64,000 nt of DNA, taken from IMG/VR virus record IMGVR_UViG_3300042564_005059, positions 31,428-95,427 of that record; one strand, 5' to 3'. Below, in pieces: positions 49,854 to 59,752 of this stretch (positions within the stretch are counted from its first letter, which is position 1; the number at the start of each line of letters is the position of its first letter). The notes beneath the pieces are model-generated. The model was given only the letters and a program-made list of their open reading frames with translations, was not told where the DNA came from and ran no database searches. The translations under genes and the position numbers were made by a program. This DNA comes from a virus. Taxonomy: Duplodnaviria; Caudoviricetes.

Positions 49854-50621
49854 TTATTTAGCTACATCAAAAGTTTTAGTCCAAATTTCTTGAACTTGTT
49901 GTTTGAATGTTTTTTCGTCAGCCGAAAATTCATTTTTGCTATCCTTTGAGAATTTAATAATAGCGTTAGATAATTTCTTATAATCGCCATTAATAAATTT
50001 AGGTTTCGTGAATTTCCAAATTGAACGTCTTGTGAATGAATAGTTAGGTATAAATTCACGCATACGTTTTACTTCTGCCAGTAATTTATCACTATCTTTT
50101 TCATTCTTGAATTTCAATTCCCCAAGCTGGAAATTTTTAGTTGAACCACTACCACAATAAATGTGTAATAAATCCGTAATACTTAAATCCGTTTCAGTTA
50201 AAATCTGTTTGAATTTAACATACTCATAAATTCCACCCTCTGCAAAAACTTCCAAATAAATTTGGTTAGTCCACTTCTTCAAATTGTTATTCAAAAATGC
50301 AATAAACATTTTTACATTAGCAATCGTATCGTCATTTAATTTAACCACTTTAATATCTAATGGTAAATTTAATAACTTTCCACTTGTAGCTCTGTGATTT
50401 CCGTCAGCAATTATTCTAATCTTTTTACCGAAAGCATTTGTTTCCAACACAATAATTGTAGTTGTTTCAGCACCAAAAGTAAGCATACTTTCCATAATCA
50501 TTTTAACGTGGTTGTCATCAACCTTTCTTGATACACCAGCTAAATAAGTGTATTTCAAATAATCAAAACTTTGTTTTTTAGTTTCAATAACTTTTGCTAA
50601 ATTCTTAATTTGTGTTTCCAT
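49854..50621 (-). CDS. ParB/Srx-like N-terminal domain protein
   Basis: R.VD..HV....SM..IIV..IADGNHR..LN...KKW. Confidence 0.7.
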   Translation of the reverse strand: METQIKNLAKVIETKKQSFDYLKYTYLAGVSRKVDDNHVKMIMESMLTFGAETTTIIVLETNAFGKKIRIIADGNHRATSGKLLNLPLDIKVVKLNDDTIANVKMFIAFLNNNLKKWTNQIYLEVFAEGGIYEYVKFKQILTETDLSITDLLHIYCGSGSTKNFQLGELKFKNEKDSDKLLAEVKRMREFIPNYSFTRRSIWKFTKPKFINGDYKKLSNAIIKFSKDSKNEFSADEKTFKQQVQEIWTKTFDVAK

Positions 50622-50703
50622 AATAAAACATTTAATTGGTTAATTGTGGTGCAAAGATATAACAATTTTTTAACCTACCAAATATTTTTTTATTTTTTTT
50701 TTA

Positions 50704-51063
50704 TTATTTGTTATTAGTTTCTTTAATTCTATTAATCATTAAACTTTTAGCTTGAGAATCAGTTAATTTAACAATATTGTTATGAATAGGATAACAAACA
50801 TAATATTGACCTTGTTCATCAATAATTAATTCATACGTTAATGTTTTAACAAGAGATATTTGTTTTTTAGTTATCTTTGCCATGTGTTTTGACTTTGCTC
50901 TTAATTGAGGGTTATCGGTATCAGTACCCATTGTAATGTGAGCCTTGTTTGCAGCAATAACTCTAGTAGAAACACCAAAATGGTCAGCAACCATTTGGTC
51001 AGTGTAATGACTGTTCTCTCTTAAATAACTTCTAATCGCTTTGTTGTCGTGTGTTTTTTTCAT
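50704..51063 (-). CDS. HTH-containing hypothetical protein
   Basis: DQMVADHFGVSTRVIAA helix-turn-helix-like. Confidence 0.6.
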   Translation of the reverse strand: MKKTHDNKAIRSYLRENSHYTDQMVADHFGVSTRVIAANKAHITMGTDTDNPQLRAKSKHMAKITKKQISLVKTLTYELIIDEQGQYYVCYPIHNNIVKLTDSQAKSLMINRIKETNNK

Positions 51064-51278
51064 ATTATATTAATTTTGATTTTATTATATTACAAATATA
51101 CCAATAAATTTAATAAATCACAATATTTTATATGACTTATTTTAAGATTATATAAGACAACATAATAAATTAAATGACTCTCAATATCATTTTAAATAGA
51201 AAAGGGCATATAAGCAAGCTTATACACCCCAATCATTCACCAACCAATTAATCTAATTATGACAAACAATTAAATTTG

Positions 51279-51353
51279 TGGGGAAGACGGGATTCGAACC
51301 CGTGACCTCTGGTGTATGAAACCAGTGCTCTACCCGAACTAAGCTACTTCCCG
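51279..51353 (-). tRNA. tRNA with CAT anticodon (Met/fMet-like or Ile2), CCA not encoded
   Basis: Cloverleaf: anticodon arm CTGGT-TTCATAC-ACCAG, T arm GGTTCGAATCC, acceptor GGGAAG/CTTCCC. Confidence 0.92.
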
Positions 51354-51355
51354 AA

Positions 51356-51590
51356 TTCTATTACATTGTACTTCTGTAATAGCGCCCAAAGTTGTCGACC
51401 ACTTTGAACTTGGTTTATTCAACCCATTTAATTTATTGAGTAGGTGACACTAACAAACTGCCGTTTGTGCAAGTGGATATTACCTTACTACGAACCAATC
51501 ATCGTAACTCGTTCTTAAACAACTCTACCCAATAAATTAATTAACGTATGCGGTGCGCCTACCGAACATAACGAAACTCAACGCACCCAT
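51356..51590 (-). ncRNA. candidate structured RNA in the tRNA leader
   Basis: 16-bp stem 51428-51443/51525-51540 enclosing hairpins; flanking hairpins; promoter at about 51624. Confidence 0.5.
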
Positions 51591-51657
51591 AGACACAAAT
51601 GTGTACATACGTTATTTTTCTTTTGCAAAGATATAAAATCTTTTTTAATCTTGCAAA

Positions 51658-51849
51658 TTAATTTATCATTTTTTTTGTCATTAAATAAACCATAACAAAT
51701 AATATTAAATTTGCAATTAAAACAGCAATAAATATTTCTACTAACCCAAATTCGGGATAGTACATTAAAGCGTGAACAATAAATACAAATAAAACCAATA
51801 TCAAAAATTCACGCTTAATGCCCCATAAAGCTAATATAAAATCTTTCAT
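51658..51849 (-). CDS. small two-TM membrane protein
   Basis: Two hydrophobic segments; coupled to the upstream gene. Confidence 0.65.
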   Translation of the reverse strand: MKDFILALWGIKREFLILVLFVFIVHALMYYPEFGLVEIFIAVLIANLILFVMVYLMTKKMIN

Positions 51850-52541
51850 TAACTCTCTGCTGAAATAAGTGTTTTATATTCTTCTTCGGTCAAATGCCTT
51901 GCAGTAACAAGTGGCTCATATTTGCCTTTCGGTTTAATCAAAATACAATCCCCTTGACGAATAATATCCTCAATATGCCCTTTCGGTACATTGGTTGTAA
52001 TAGTCCACGCAATAGCTTGAATTGAAGTCATTTTCTTTTTATCTTCTTTTGTGTTATACCAATCATTAGGGAAATTTGTACGATAAACACTTCTTAAATC
52101 AACCCAAATAAGATATTCTCTATCGGTTGAAGTGTCTTTACATTTGATATAATGACAATCTTCCATTTTTTGCCGACTATCTAACCCTTTGCTAAATACA
52201 TCGCCCTTAACCTCATACAATTCGTAAGTATCGTTATATTCAAATGTTTCAATTTCCCCATTCTCATTTACCCACGTTGTAGATTTTTTAAGAGTAGTTG
52301 AATTTAATAGCGTTGGGTTTACTTCTTTGATAAGTCTATCTAAACCCAAAGCACGAATACCAATTCTACGTTGTTCCAAGTTTGGTAATTGTGCAATATC
52401 TGAAAAATTTGCTGGAACTATATCATTCCAAAAACTCTCTAATGTTTTAAATTGTTCAGGACATTCATCGTATTTCAATCGTGCAACCTTGCACCCTAAA
52501 TCGAAATCAAATGCGACATTGTCTAATACTAATTTTGCCAT
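51849..52541 (-). CDS. DUF6745-like protein
   Basis: N.EQRR..I...G..Y.LY..C.DTST.REY..WV..AIAW. Confidence 0.65.
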   Translation of the reverse strand: MAKLVLDNVAFDFDLGCKVARLKYDECPEQFKTLESFWNDIVPANFSDIAQLPNLEQRRIGIRALGLDRLIKEVNPTLLNSTTLKKSTTWVNENGEIETFEYNDTYELYEVKGDVFSKGLDSRQKMEDCHYIKCKDTSTDREYLIWVDLRSVYRTNFPNDWYNTKEDKKKMTSIQAIAWTITTNVPKGHIEDIIRQGDCILIKPKGKYEPLVTARHLTEEEYKTLISAES

Positions 52542-52649
52542 AATTATTTTTTCTTTAATTGATTAATTGTTTTGCAAAGATATAACAAAAAATTTACCTA
52601 CCAAATATTTTTTAATATTTTTTTTTATTTAGTAGGTAAATAAATTTAT

Positions 52650-53354
52650 TTAGTCCTCACTATATCGGTAAACATAGTGTTCAAAACTCATTTCCAATTC
52701 AATGGTTTTCTTATCTTTGTCGAGAGTATCACCTTGCACTTCTATTCTACACCAATCAGTTGCATTTTCTAAATTGTGTTCGTAATTATTAAAGTAATTG
52801 TTAATCTTTTCAAGCAATTTTACTTCAATAGCAATCAGTTCATCAGTTTGTACGAAATCAACTTTATAGTTTACGTTAAGTTCATTTTCGTCTATACTTC
52901 CGTTAATATCATCAACGTACTTGTCAATAAATTCAACTTCTTCATCAGTCAGTTCAAACTTTTCTGTAAAAGGTTGATTTTCACACCATTCTTCTTCACT
53001 TTCTTTATCGTAAGTAAATTCGGTATCATCATCTTCATCTAATTTAATGACTACTTTTCCGTCTTCACCCATATAGTGTCCGTCAGAGTTTACATAAAAA
53101 TTTACATTATCATAAACAACATCATCGAAATAGTTTTCAATATCAGTAACAATCTCACAATCAAGCAAATCATCATTTGTGTTGTAAACTTCAATACTTG
53201 TATCGTTCATACTATCACCACCACAACTGAAAACGAAATGTACTTCTTTTATTTTGAGTTCACCCCAAAGTTTTAGAACACTTGCTTTTTGTTCTTTAAG
53301 CCTTTCTTCTTTTTTAAGTCTTAATTCTTCGACTTGTTTTTCCCAATCTGTCAT
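52650..53354 (-). CDS. acidic DUF6878-like protein
   Basis: FSCGGDS motif; very acidic. Confidence 0.6.
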   Translation of the reverse strand: MTDWEKQVEELRLKKEERLKEQKASVLKLWGELKIKEVHFVFSCGGDSMNDTSIEVYNTNDDLLDCEIVTDIENYFDDVVYDNVNFYVNSDGHYMGEDGKVVIKLDEDDDTEFTYDKESEEEWCENQPFTEKFELTDEEVEFIDKYVDDINGSIDENELNVNYKVDFVQTDELIAIEVKLLEKINNYFNNYEHNLENATDWCRIEVQGDTLDKDKKTIELEMSFEHYVYRYSED

Positions 53355-53366
53355 AATATATTAAAT

Positions 53367-53777
53367 TTATTTAGTTTCTTCTTCTGTTTGCAATTTATCT
53401 ATTAAGTCTATTGCAAATTGTGTCGCAATCGGATTTTCAATATCTTTAACGCCATTATGTAACCACGTTGGAAGTGTTAAGTGTTTTAGATAATCTTCAA
53501 GTGTTGGTACAAATTTCATTCTAAAATCTTCTGCAACGTGCAACATAGCAATATCAATCGTATCAACTCTTTTGTTATCAGAATTGATAAGGTTGTAACC
53601 AAAAATTTTTGGTATAATATGATAACAAAACCATACATTGTGAGTAATAAGTCTTGACGAATTATTATTCATACTTGCTTTCGGACTATCAATAAGTTCG
53701 TGAATTGCTAAATAATCTTCAACTTTGCCACCCCAACGCTTAACTGAACTTTGTGAGTGAATAAGTGCATTTGCCAT
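53367..53777 (-). CDS. DUF6915-like His-rich protein
   Basis: HSQSSVKRWGG..DY..IH..ID..R..TH..FG..NSD..HV.ED..P. Confidence 0.7.
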   Translation of the reverse strand: MANALIHSQSSVKRWGGKVEDYLAIHELIDSPKASMNNNSSRLITHNVWFCYHIIPKIFGYNLINSDNKRVDTIDIAMLHVAEDFRMKFVPTLEDYLKHLTLPTWLHNGVKDIENPIATQFAIDLIDKLQTEEETK

Positions 53778-53919
53778 AATAATATAATTTAATTGATTAA
53801 CGATGCAAATGTATAACAATTATTTAAACTACCAAATATATAAGTGTTAAAATTTTGTTAAAAAAAACCCACTATAAAAGTGGGTTAGTTTTGAAAAAAA
53901 AATAAAAAGTAATGTGGAA

Positions 53920-54195
53920 TTAATCCCACACTCTTGATACGCTTTGAGAGAAAGGGTTGTATTCAACTTGTTGCCCCATTACATAACCACCCTTTGTGAT
54001 TTGTAAACCTCTATGCTCATTTGAGAAATCCCCATTAGGTTTTTCGTGTCTTAAAACACTATTCTCTTTAATTTTGATAGGTGCGAAATCTTTAACGATA
54101 GTATCGTTATCCATTTCAAATTTACCTACAAGCGTATGTTGGTGAATACCCTCACCCAACAGAATTGTTTTTCTTGTGTGTGTGCTTTTTGCCAT
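53920..54195 (-). CDS. small His-containing beta protein
   Basis: L.GEG.H.H..L.HE..EH..Y..QQ.EY.P..RV.D. Confidence 0.7.
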   Translation of the reverse strand: MAKSTHTRKTILLGEGIHQHTLVGKFEMDNDTIVKDFAPIKIKENSVLRHEKPNGDFSNEHRGLQITKGGYVMGQQVEYNPFSQSVSRVWD

Positions 54196-54539
54196 AACTA
54201 AAAATTTTAATTGTTTAACATTATTTTAAAGTGCAAATATACGAATAAATATTTAACCACCAAACATTTTTTAATATTTTTTTATCGTGATTAAATTTAT
54301 TCAGTTTCTTTTAACCAATGCGTAACAATTTGATTACTCACGTTAAAATGCCCCTTATTATTTGTTATAGTATAATTGGTTTCAACTTTATGTGAGTTCC
54401 CCATAGTTGTACGAGTTTTAACAACATACTTTCCAGATTGTGTCGGTTGTTCTAAAGATACGTCAATCCATTTCATAAGTAAATAAATTTAATTGATTAG
54501 TGGTGCAAAGATATAACAATTATTTTATATTTGCAAATA

Positions 54540-54782
54540 TTATTTAGAATTTTTTAAAACTTCTTTGATAGCAACTTTTAATTCTTTAAGCTGCTCTCTT
54601 GTCATTTTTGGAATCATCATTGTATTGAAGTTTTGTTCTTTCCTTTCAGCTCGACTATCGTCATCAGGATATATATTGTTATCGGTTATTTCAATATAAC
54701 CAATATTACCAACCAAGCCAACACCAACATAATGACCATTGACCAATACGTTACGTTGTGCTAATTTAAGTTTATCACTCAT
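54540..54782 (-). CDS. hypothetical early protein
   Basis: 80 aa. Confidence 0.6.
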   Translation of the reverse strand: MSDKLKLAQRNVLVNGHYVGVGLVGNIGYIEITDNNIYPDDDSRAERKEQNFNTMMIPKMTREQLKELKVAIKEVLKNSK

Positions 54783-54853
54783 AAGTCATTTAATTTATTG
54801 GGTTCTACGCGTAATAGACACAAATGTGTACATACGTTATTTAATTAAAGGGG

Positions 54854-55360
54854 TTATTGATTAACCCCTTGTCTATCTTCATCAGCTAAACATTCACTTT
54901 CCCATTGTTGAGCATATATTAATACTTCATTAAGCGTATCTATATCCATATCTCGATACAATAAATTGTATTGGTCAATTTCATAATCACGATTGTCTTC
55001 GTAAACATCAACATCGGCACTATCATATTTGAAAAAACTTGCCAAATGAATATGATTACCCACATTTGGAATTGATACATCACAATCAGCACTAATATCA
55101 GCAGTCGTAAAACTACCAAACTCTTTAACGATTTTTTGTATATCGTCAATTAATTTATTCTTTATTGCTAATCTTGAATTTTCCTCATTCAACCCAACAA
55201 ATAAAGTAATAGTTTCTTCTCCGTCATTCCATACTTCTACTTTATCAAAATACATATCAGTATCTTCATCTTCTGGGTGTCCTGTATTTCCCAATAAAGT
55301 TATATCAGCATTAGGTTTATCCAAAGCTACTAATAAATCAATAAGTTCTTTTACTTTCAT
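54854..55360 (-). CDS. acidic hypothetical early protein
   Basis: MKVKELI start; own promoter. Confidence 0.7.
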   Translation of the reverse strand: MKVKELIDLLVALDKPNADITLLGNTGHPEDEDTDMYFDKVEVWNDGEETITLFVGLNEENSRLAIKNKLIDDIQKIVKEFGSFTTADISADCDVSIPNVGNHIHLASFFKYDSADVDVYEDNRDYEIDQYNLLYRDMDIDTLNEVLIYAQQWESECLADEDRQGVNQ

Positions 55361-55457
55361 AATATTAATTGGTTTTAAATTCTATGCAAAGATATAACAA
55401 AAAATTAACCCTACCAAATTTATTTTAAAATATTTTTGATAGGGTTATTTAATTTAT

Positions 55458-56033
55458 TTACCAACTTGCTCGGTAAAGAATAACTTGTTTATCAAAATCA
55501 GTATTCTTTAATACTTTGGTTATAATCTTTTTTGTTTCAGCAACACCTTGAAAATACCACTCATCAAATTCAGTTCCACCAAAAAAGAAACCACTTTGAG
55601 TTGGTAAAAAGGTTTCAAGTCCTTCATCATTTTTGATTATTCCATCATTCAAATAAATTTTTTTCAACTTCATAGCACGTTTACAACGCTCTAATAAATC
55701 TTCTAATTTATCTTTTGTGATAAAAGAATATTGGCACTCATCTATTCCGTCTTGACATTCTTGTACAAAGAAATTGTGTATAGCATTAGCCTTACGCCAA
55801 TAGCCAATATCTTCAAAAATTGAACACCATTTGAAATGTACACCACGTTGTTTAACAAGTTCGTTAAACTCATCGTAAATTGGTTTATACTCATCTTTTG
55901 ACATAGTGTCTTTAACACTCTTAAACTCTTTGATAATGTTAAGATTTGAAATAGCGTTATCCACTTTTTCGTAATCCTCAACTTCAAGTCCGTTAACTTT
56001 TTTAGTGCGATATAAGTACATATCTAATCCCAT
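55458..56033 (-). CDS. conserved phage protein (MGLDMY family)
   Basis: MGLDMYL..YWRKANAIH..LPTQSGFFFG..Y.ASW. Confidence 0.8.
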   Translation of the reverse strand: MGLDMYLYRTKKVNGLEVEDYEKVDNAISNLNIIKEFKSVKDTMSKDEYKPIYDEFNELVKQRGVHFKWCSIFEDIGYWRKANAIHNFFVQECQDGIDECQYSFITKDKLEDLLERCKRAMKLKKIYLNDGIIKNDEGLETFLPTQSGFFFGGTEFDEWYFQGVAETKKIITKVLKNTDFDKQVILYRASW

Positions 56034-56087
56034 AATAAAATAATTTTAATTGATTAACTTTGCAAATGTATAACAAATATTTTACAC

Positions 56088-56528
56088 TTACAAATTTTTT
56101 TGAATAATTAATTTTAATTTTTTGCTATATGTTTTATTCTTTGAATAAACCCTATCCAAATAAGCAAAGTATTGTTGCCTTGTTAAATTTATTAAGTATC
56201 GTTGTTCATATATCAATCTATCTTCAATACTTGAACAAATATCACTATACACCGCATGACGCAAATTAGAGCCAATAGCGGTCGTTTTTCTTTTTTTTGG
56301 TAATCTTATACCAAACACATTATTATTTTGTCTAAAAACGTCTGAATTAAAGTGTCCAGATTCTAATATTGCTTGTGCTTTTACAATATCTTTAAATTTA
56401 AACTCCATATTATCAACAGCGCTAAACACCATTTCACGATAAATTTGTGTTGTTAAATTTATTTGAGTTGGTCTAAAAGAAACCAACCCAAAATAAATTA
56501 AACCAATTAATAATATTTTCTTTTTCAT
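56088..56528 (-). CDS. glucosaminidase (GH73-like) with signal anchor
   Basis: AQAILESG..NNVFGI..Y..Y. Confidence 0.8.
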   Translation of the reverse strand: MKKKILLIGLIYFGLVSFRPTQINLTTQIYREMVFSAVDNMEFKFKDIVKAQAILESGHFNSDVFRQNNNVFGIRLPKKRKTTAIGSNLRHAVYSDICSSIEDRLIYEQRYLINLTRQQYFAYLDRVYSKNKTYSKKLKLIIQKNL

Positions 56529-56544
56529 AAGCAATTAAATTTAT

Positions 56545-56844
56545 TTACCAAAACATTGATTTCTGCAAATCAACTTTGGTTTCAATCCATTTAAGAATTT
56601 CATCAGTCCAATAAGAAGTCGTTAAATCAGATAAAAACCAATCTATTTTACTTCTACTATCTTTTTCAGCAATATTCACTTCAAGTCTATTCCATTCTTT
56701 CGCTTGACTTTGGTCGCTACCTTTACTAAAACCCTTTGAAGTGTCCCATTCCTTTGCAATTACCTTAACTTGCGTTTTGGTTGTTTCAATAGTGATAACA
56801 CCGCCACGACAAACTTCACCTAATTTCCACGTTTTTGTTGCCAT
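56545..56844 (-). CDS. hypothetical early protein
   Basis: Own promoter. Confidence 0.7.
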   Translation of the reverse strand: MATKTWKLGEVCRGGVITIETTKTQVKVIAKEWDTSKGFSKGSDQSQAKEWNRLEVNIAEKDSRSKIDWFLSDLTTSYWTDEILKWIETKVDLQKSMFW

Positions 56845-56894
56845 AATAATTTGTTTTAATTGATTAATAGTTAGGCAAATATACAAATTTATTT

Positions 56895-57293
56895 TTAATC
56901 TACAAAAGAATATCCAACTTTTTTTATTGTTTGGATTTTTTCTTTACCGATAATGTTTCTTAATTTACAAATACAAACATCTATTGTTCTTGTTGTAACA
57001 CAAACATCATCACCCCATACATCACGCATAAGAATATCACGTGAAACCGTTTCATTCTTATTCTCAATAAGAAAAACCAATAAATTAAACGACAAGCGTT
57101 CAACTCGTGTCTTCTTATCGTTAACTGAAATTGTCATATCAGTTCTATCTAATCTAATATCACCACACTTAATAAATTTAACTTCAAGTTCTTTGGTTGT
57201 CTCTAATACCAATTTGAATATTTCATCTTGTGTTAATGTTTCTTTGTTTGTACGCTTAATAGCGTTAATAATGTTCCCAGCAATTTTGCTCAT
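56895..57293 (-). CDS. OmpR/PhoB-type winged-helix DNA-binding protein lacking a receiver domain
   Basis: FNLL.FL..N....VSRD.LM..VWGDDV.V..RTIDV.I.KLR..IG...I.TIK.VGY. Confidence 0.88.
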   Translation of the reverse strand: MSKIAGNIINAIKRTNKETLTQDEIFKLVLETTKELEVKFIKCGDIRLDRTDMTISVNDKKTRVERLSFNLLVFLIENKNETVSRDILMRDVWGDDVCVTTRTIDVCICKLRNIIGKEKIQTIKKVGYSFVD

Positions 57294-57329
57294 TTAATTT
57301 ATTTTGTTTAAAGTTATCAATACCATAAG

Positions 57330-57626
57330 TTAATGATTCATTACTAATTTAACTTTTAAAATGTTTGTTTGAGCTTTTAACTCTTTGAGTTCATTCTCCA
57401 TTCTAATAACATCAGCCTCACGTTTTGCGTGTAACCTTTGTATTAAATTTAATATGATTTCGTTTTGTTCATCAGGTCTAAAATCCCTATCTAACAAATA
57501 AAGCGTACTCTCAACAGCCTCGCTCTTAATCATAGGCTCATTGTAATTAAATTCATCATATAATTTTATACACTTACGTTTAAACGCTCTAAATAACAAC
57601 GCAACTTTACTAACATTTTTTTTCAT
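57330..57626 (-). CDS. hypothetical early protein
   Basis: Own promoter. Confidence 0.65.
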   Translation of the reverse strand: MKKNVSKVALLFRAFKRKCIKLYDEFNYNEPMIKSEAVESTLYLLDRDFRPDEQNEIILNLIQRLHAKREADVIRMENELKELKAQTNILKVKLVMNH

Positions 57627-57703
57627 AACTCAAATAGTTTTAATGATTAATAGTGCAAAGATATAACAATAATTTTACACTTGCAAATTATTTAACATTT
57701 TTT

Positions 57704-57823
57704 TTAATTATTTTTTAAGTCTTCTTCGTGGCACTTATCACACTTGCCCTCAAACCATTGGTCGTGTCTGCCTTGCTCTTGCCCACACTCGGAGCAAGTC
57801 CATATATCCTCTTGTTTTGTCAT
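57704..57823 (-). CDS. 39-aa zinc-finger peptide (not in track)
   Basis: WTCSECG..CDKCH read directly. Confidence 0.6.
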   Translation of the reverse strand: MTKQEDIWTCSECGQEQGRHDQWFEGKCDKCHEEDLKNN

Positions 57824-57826
57824 ACG

Positions 57827-58681
57827 TTATTTAATTCTTTGTAATACATAAAAAATCATTGGAGTACCCGTTTGGTATGGCATTTTTTTAACAATATTAA
57901 ATTTATCACCAGCTATCAATTTTAAAAATTCGTCATTTGCAAATTCCGTATCAGTCAAACCTGTTTTTTCTTGTTCATTAAATTTCATTAATTGTTCAAA
58001 TAAAATCCCATAACCTGACTTATAATGTCTAACAGCATTACTAAATGTTAAAAATAAGTAACCATTCTTAACAATCAAATCATTATCAATAACGTACTTA
58101 AATGAACTTGCTTGTTTTGGCATATAACCGCAATAATCTAACATCATACCAACAAAACTATCAGAAGTATAATTCTTAACAACATCATTTAATTCACCAT
58201 TAATCGGAGTTAAATCTAAATTGTGTAATTTAGCAGTTGCAGTCATTCCATTGATTACGTTATCCGATTTGTCAACACCAATAAAAGATAAATTATTATT
58301 TAACGCAACCACTTTTTTAACACACAAACATTCAATATGTGGTAAAGCTAAAACTTTGCCACTTAACCCTTTCATATAGTTTGCAACGATACCTCTTATT
58401 TCTTCTTTTTTTTCTACACCTTTGCCGTCTTTATAAGCATTGTTTTTACTCAAACTTTCATTGATAATACTTTGTAAATCTATTTCAGTATCATTAATCA
58501 ATAAAGTTTTGTTTAATTCATTAACTTTATTTAATAAACCCTTGCGTATTAATTGAATACGATGTATCGAAAATCTTTGACTTGAAACATTTGGGTAAAG
58601 TAAATTTAATTCCTTATTAGATTTTTCTTTATTCTGTAAAATTATAGAATAAACTTCTGAACCTCCAACAGCTGAAACCAT
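57827..58681 (-). CDS. putative SAM-dependent methyltransferase-fold protein
   Basis: KVLAL..FIGVD..GEL..F.GMMLDYCG..L..NGYLFLTF Rossmann-like strand order. Confidence 0.5.
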   Translation of the reverse strand: MVSAVGGSEVYSIILQNKEKSNKELNLLYPNVSSQRFSIHRIQLIRKGLLNKVNELNKTLLINDTEIDLQSIINESLSKNNAYKDGKGVEKKEEIRGIVANYMKGLSGKVLALPHIECLCVKKVVALNNNLSFIGVDKSDNVINGMTATAKLHNLDLTPINGELNDVVKNYTSDSFVGMMLDYCGYMPKQASSFKYVIDNDLIVKNGYLFLTFSNAVRHYKSGYGILFEQLMKFNEQEKTGLTDTEFANDEFLKLIAGDKFNIVKKMPYQTGTPMIFYVLQRIK

Positions 58682-58820
58682 AATAAAATTGTTTTAATAG
58701 ATTAATAAATTGATTTTAACACCGCAAAGATATAACAAATTTTTAACCTACCAAATTTTTTAACAATTATTTTACAAAAAAAAATCTGTACCTAATATTA
58801 GATACAGATTTTCCAACAAT

Positions 58821-59426
58821 TTATTCTTCGTCTTCTTCGTCCCATTCGTCCCATTCGTCTTCTTCGTCTTCATCATTCCAGATAAAAACAACAGAAAAAG
58901 CAACATACTCACCCTCATCATTTTTAATACCAAAAACATCATAAGAGCCGTCACCAAATCCACTTGAAGACACCGCACCATTTGGCAATACACCCCATTG
59001 CTCTTTATCCAAAGTTAAATCACAACAAGCACGATACCAACTATCACCACTTTTTGTTTCAAAATCATCACCAAAATAATACTTCTTTAAGTCTTTTGCA
59101 CTTTCATCATTACGATAAAAATCCTTATCAAAGAAACCAAATTGCCCACTATCAACACCCGCACCAAAATTAAGCGGTTCAGTTGAATACATTTCCTCAA
59201 CTCTATTTGATAACGTAATATCTTTATCTAAAGAATCTTTATTAACAATAGTCAAAGTTGCAATTCTATCACCCCAAGAACTTGAATCAGTTTTTTCAAC
59301 TTCGGCAATCCAAGTACCTTTCTTTACATTCTCAACAACACCTTGACACCAAGTCGGAGGGTCAATAGTATAACAAGGGTCGCTACATACTATAACACCA
59401 CTTGTAACTTCAAAAGTTTTTTCCAT
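58821..59426 (-). CDS. DUF4241-like protein
   Basis: SG..V.SDPCY..GVDSGQFGFFD..SSGFGDGSY. Confidence 0.75.
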   Translation of the reverse strand: MEKTFEVTSGVIVCSDPCYTIDPPTWCQGVVENVKKGTWIAEVEKTDSSSWGDRIATLTIVNKDSLDKDITLSNRVEEMYSTEPLNFGAGVDSGQFGFFDKDFYRNDESAKDLKKYYFGDDFETKSGDSWYRACCDLTLDKEQWGVLPNGAVSSSGFGDGSYDVFGIKNDEGEYVAFSVVFIWNDEDEEDEWDEWDEEDEE

Positions 59427-59752
59427 AATAAAATAAATTTAATTAACTTTGCAAAGATATAACAATTTTTTAATTATCCAATTATTTTACGAATATATAA
59501 TAAAAATTCGTCTTCGGTAATTTCATCATTGGTATCAGCACATAAATTTACCAATACCGTATCAGTATCTTCATACATTGCCATTTTTAACGTGCTTAAA
59601 CTACCATAGCGTTCCATAATGGCTTTAAGCATAATTGTATCTTTATCCATAATAATATGTTTTTAATTCAGGGCAAAGATATAACAAATTTTTAATCTAC
59701 CAAATTTTTTTGTAAATATTTTTTAATTATATCTTTGCACCCAGAATAAAAT

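Noticed and set aside
51180-51278. Theta (HDV-like) ribozyme in the tRNA 3' trailer
   Set aside because: The trailer is AU-rich with only a terminator-like hairpin.
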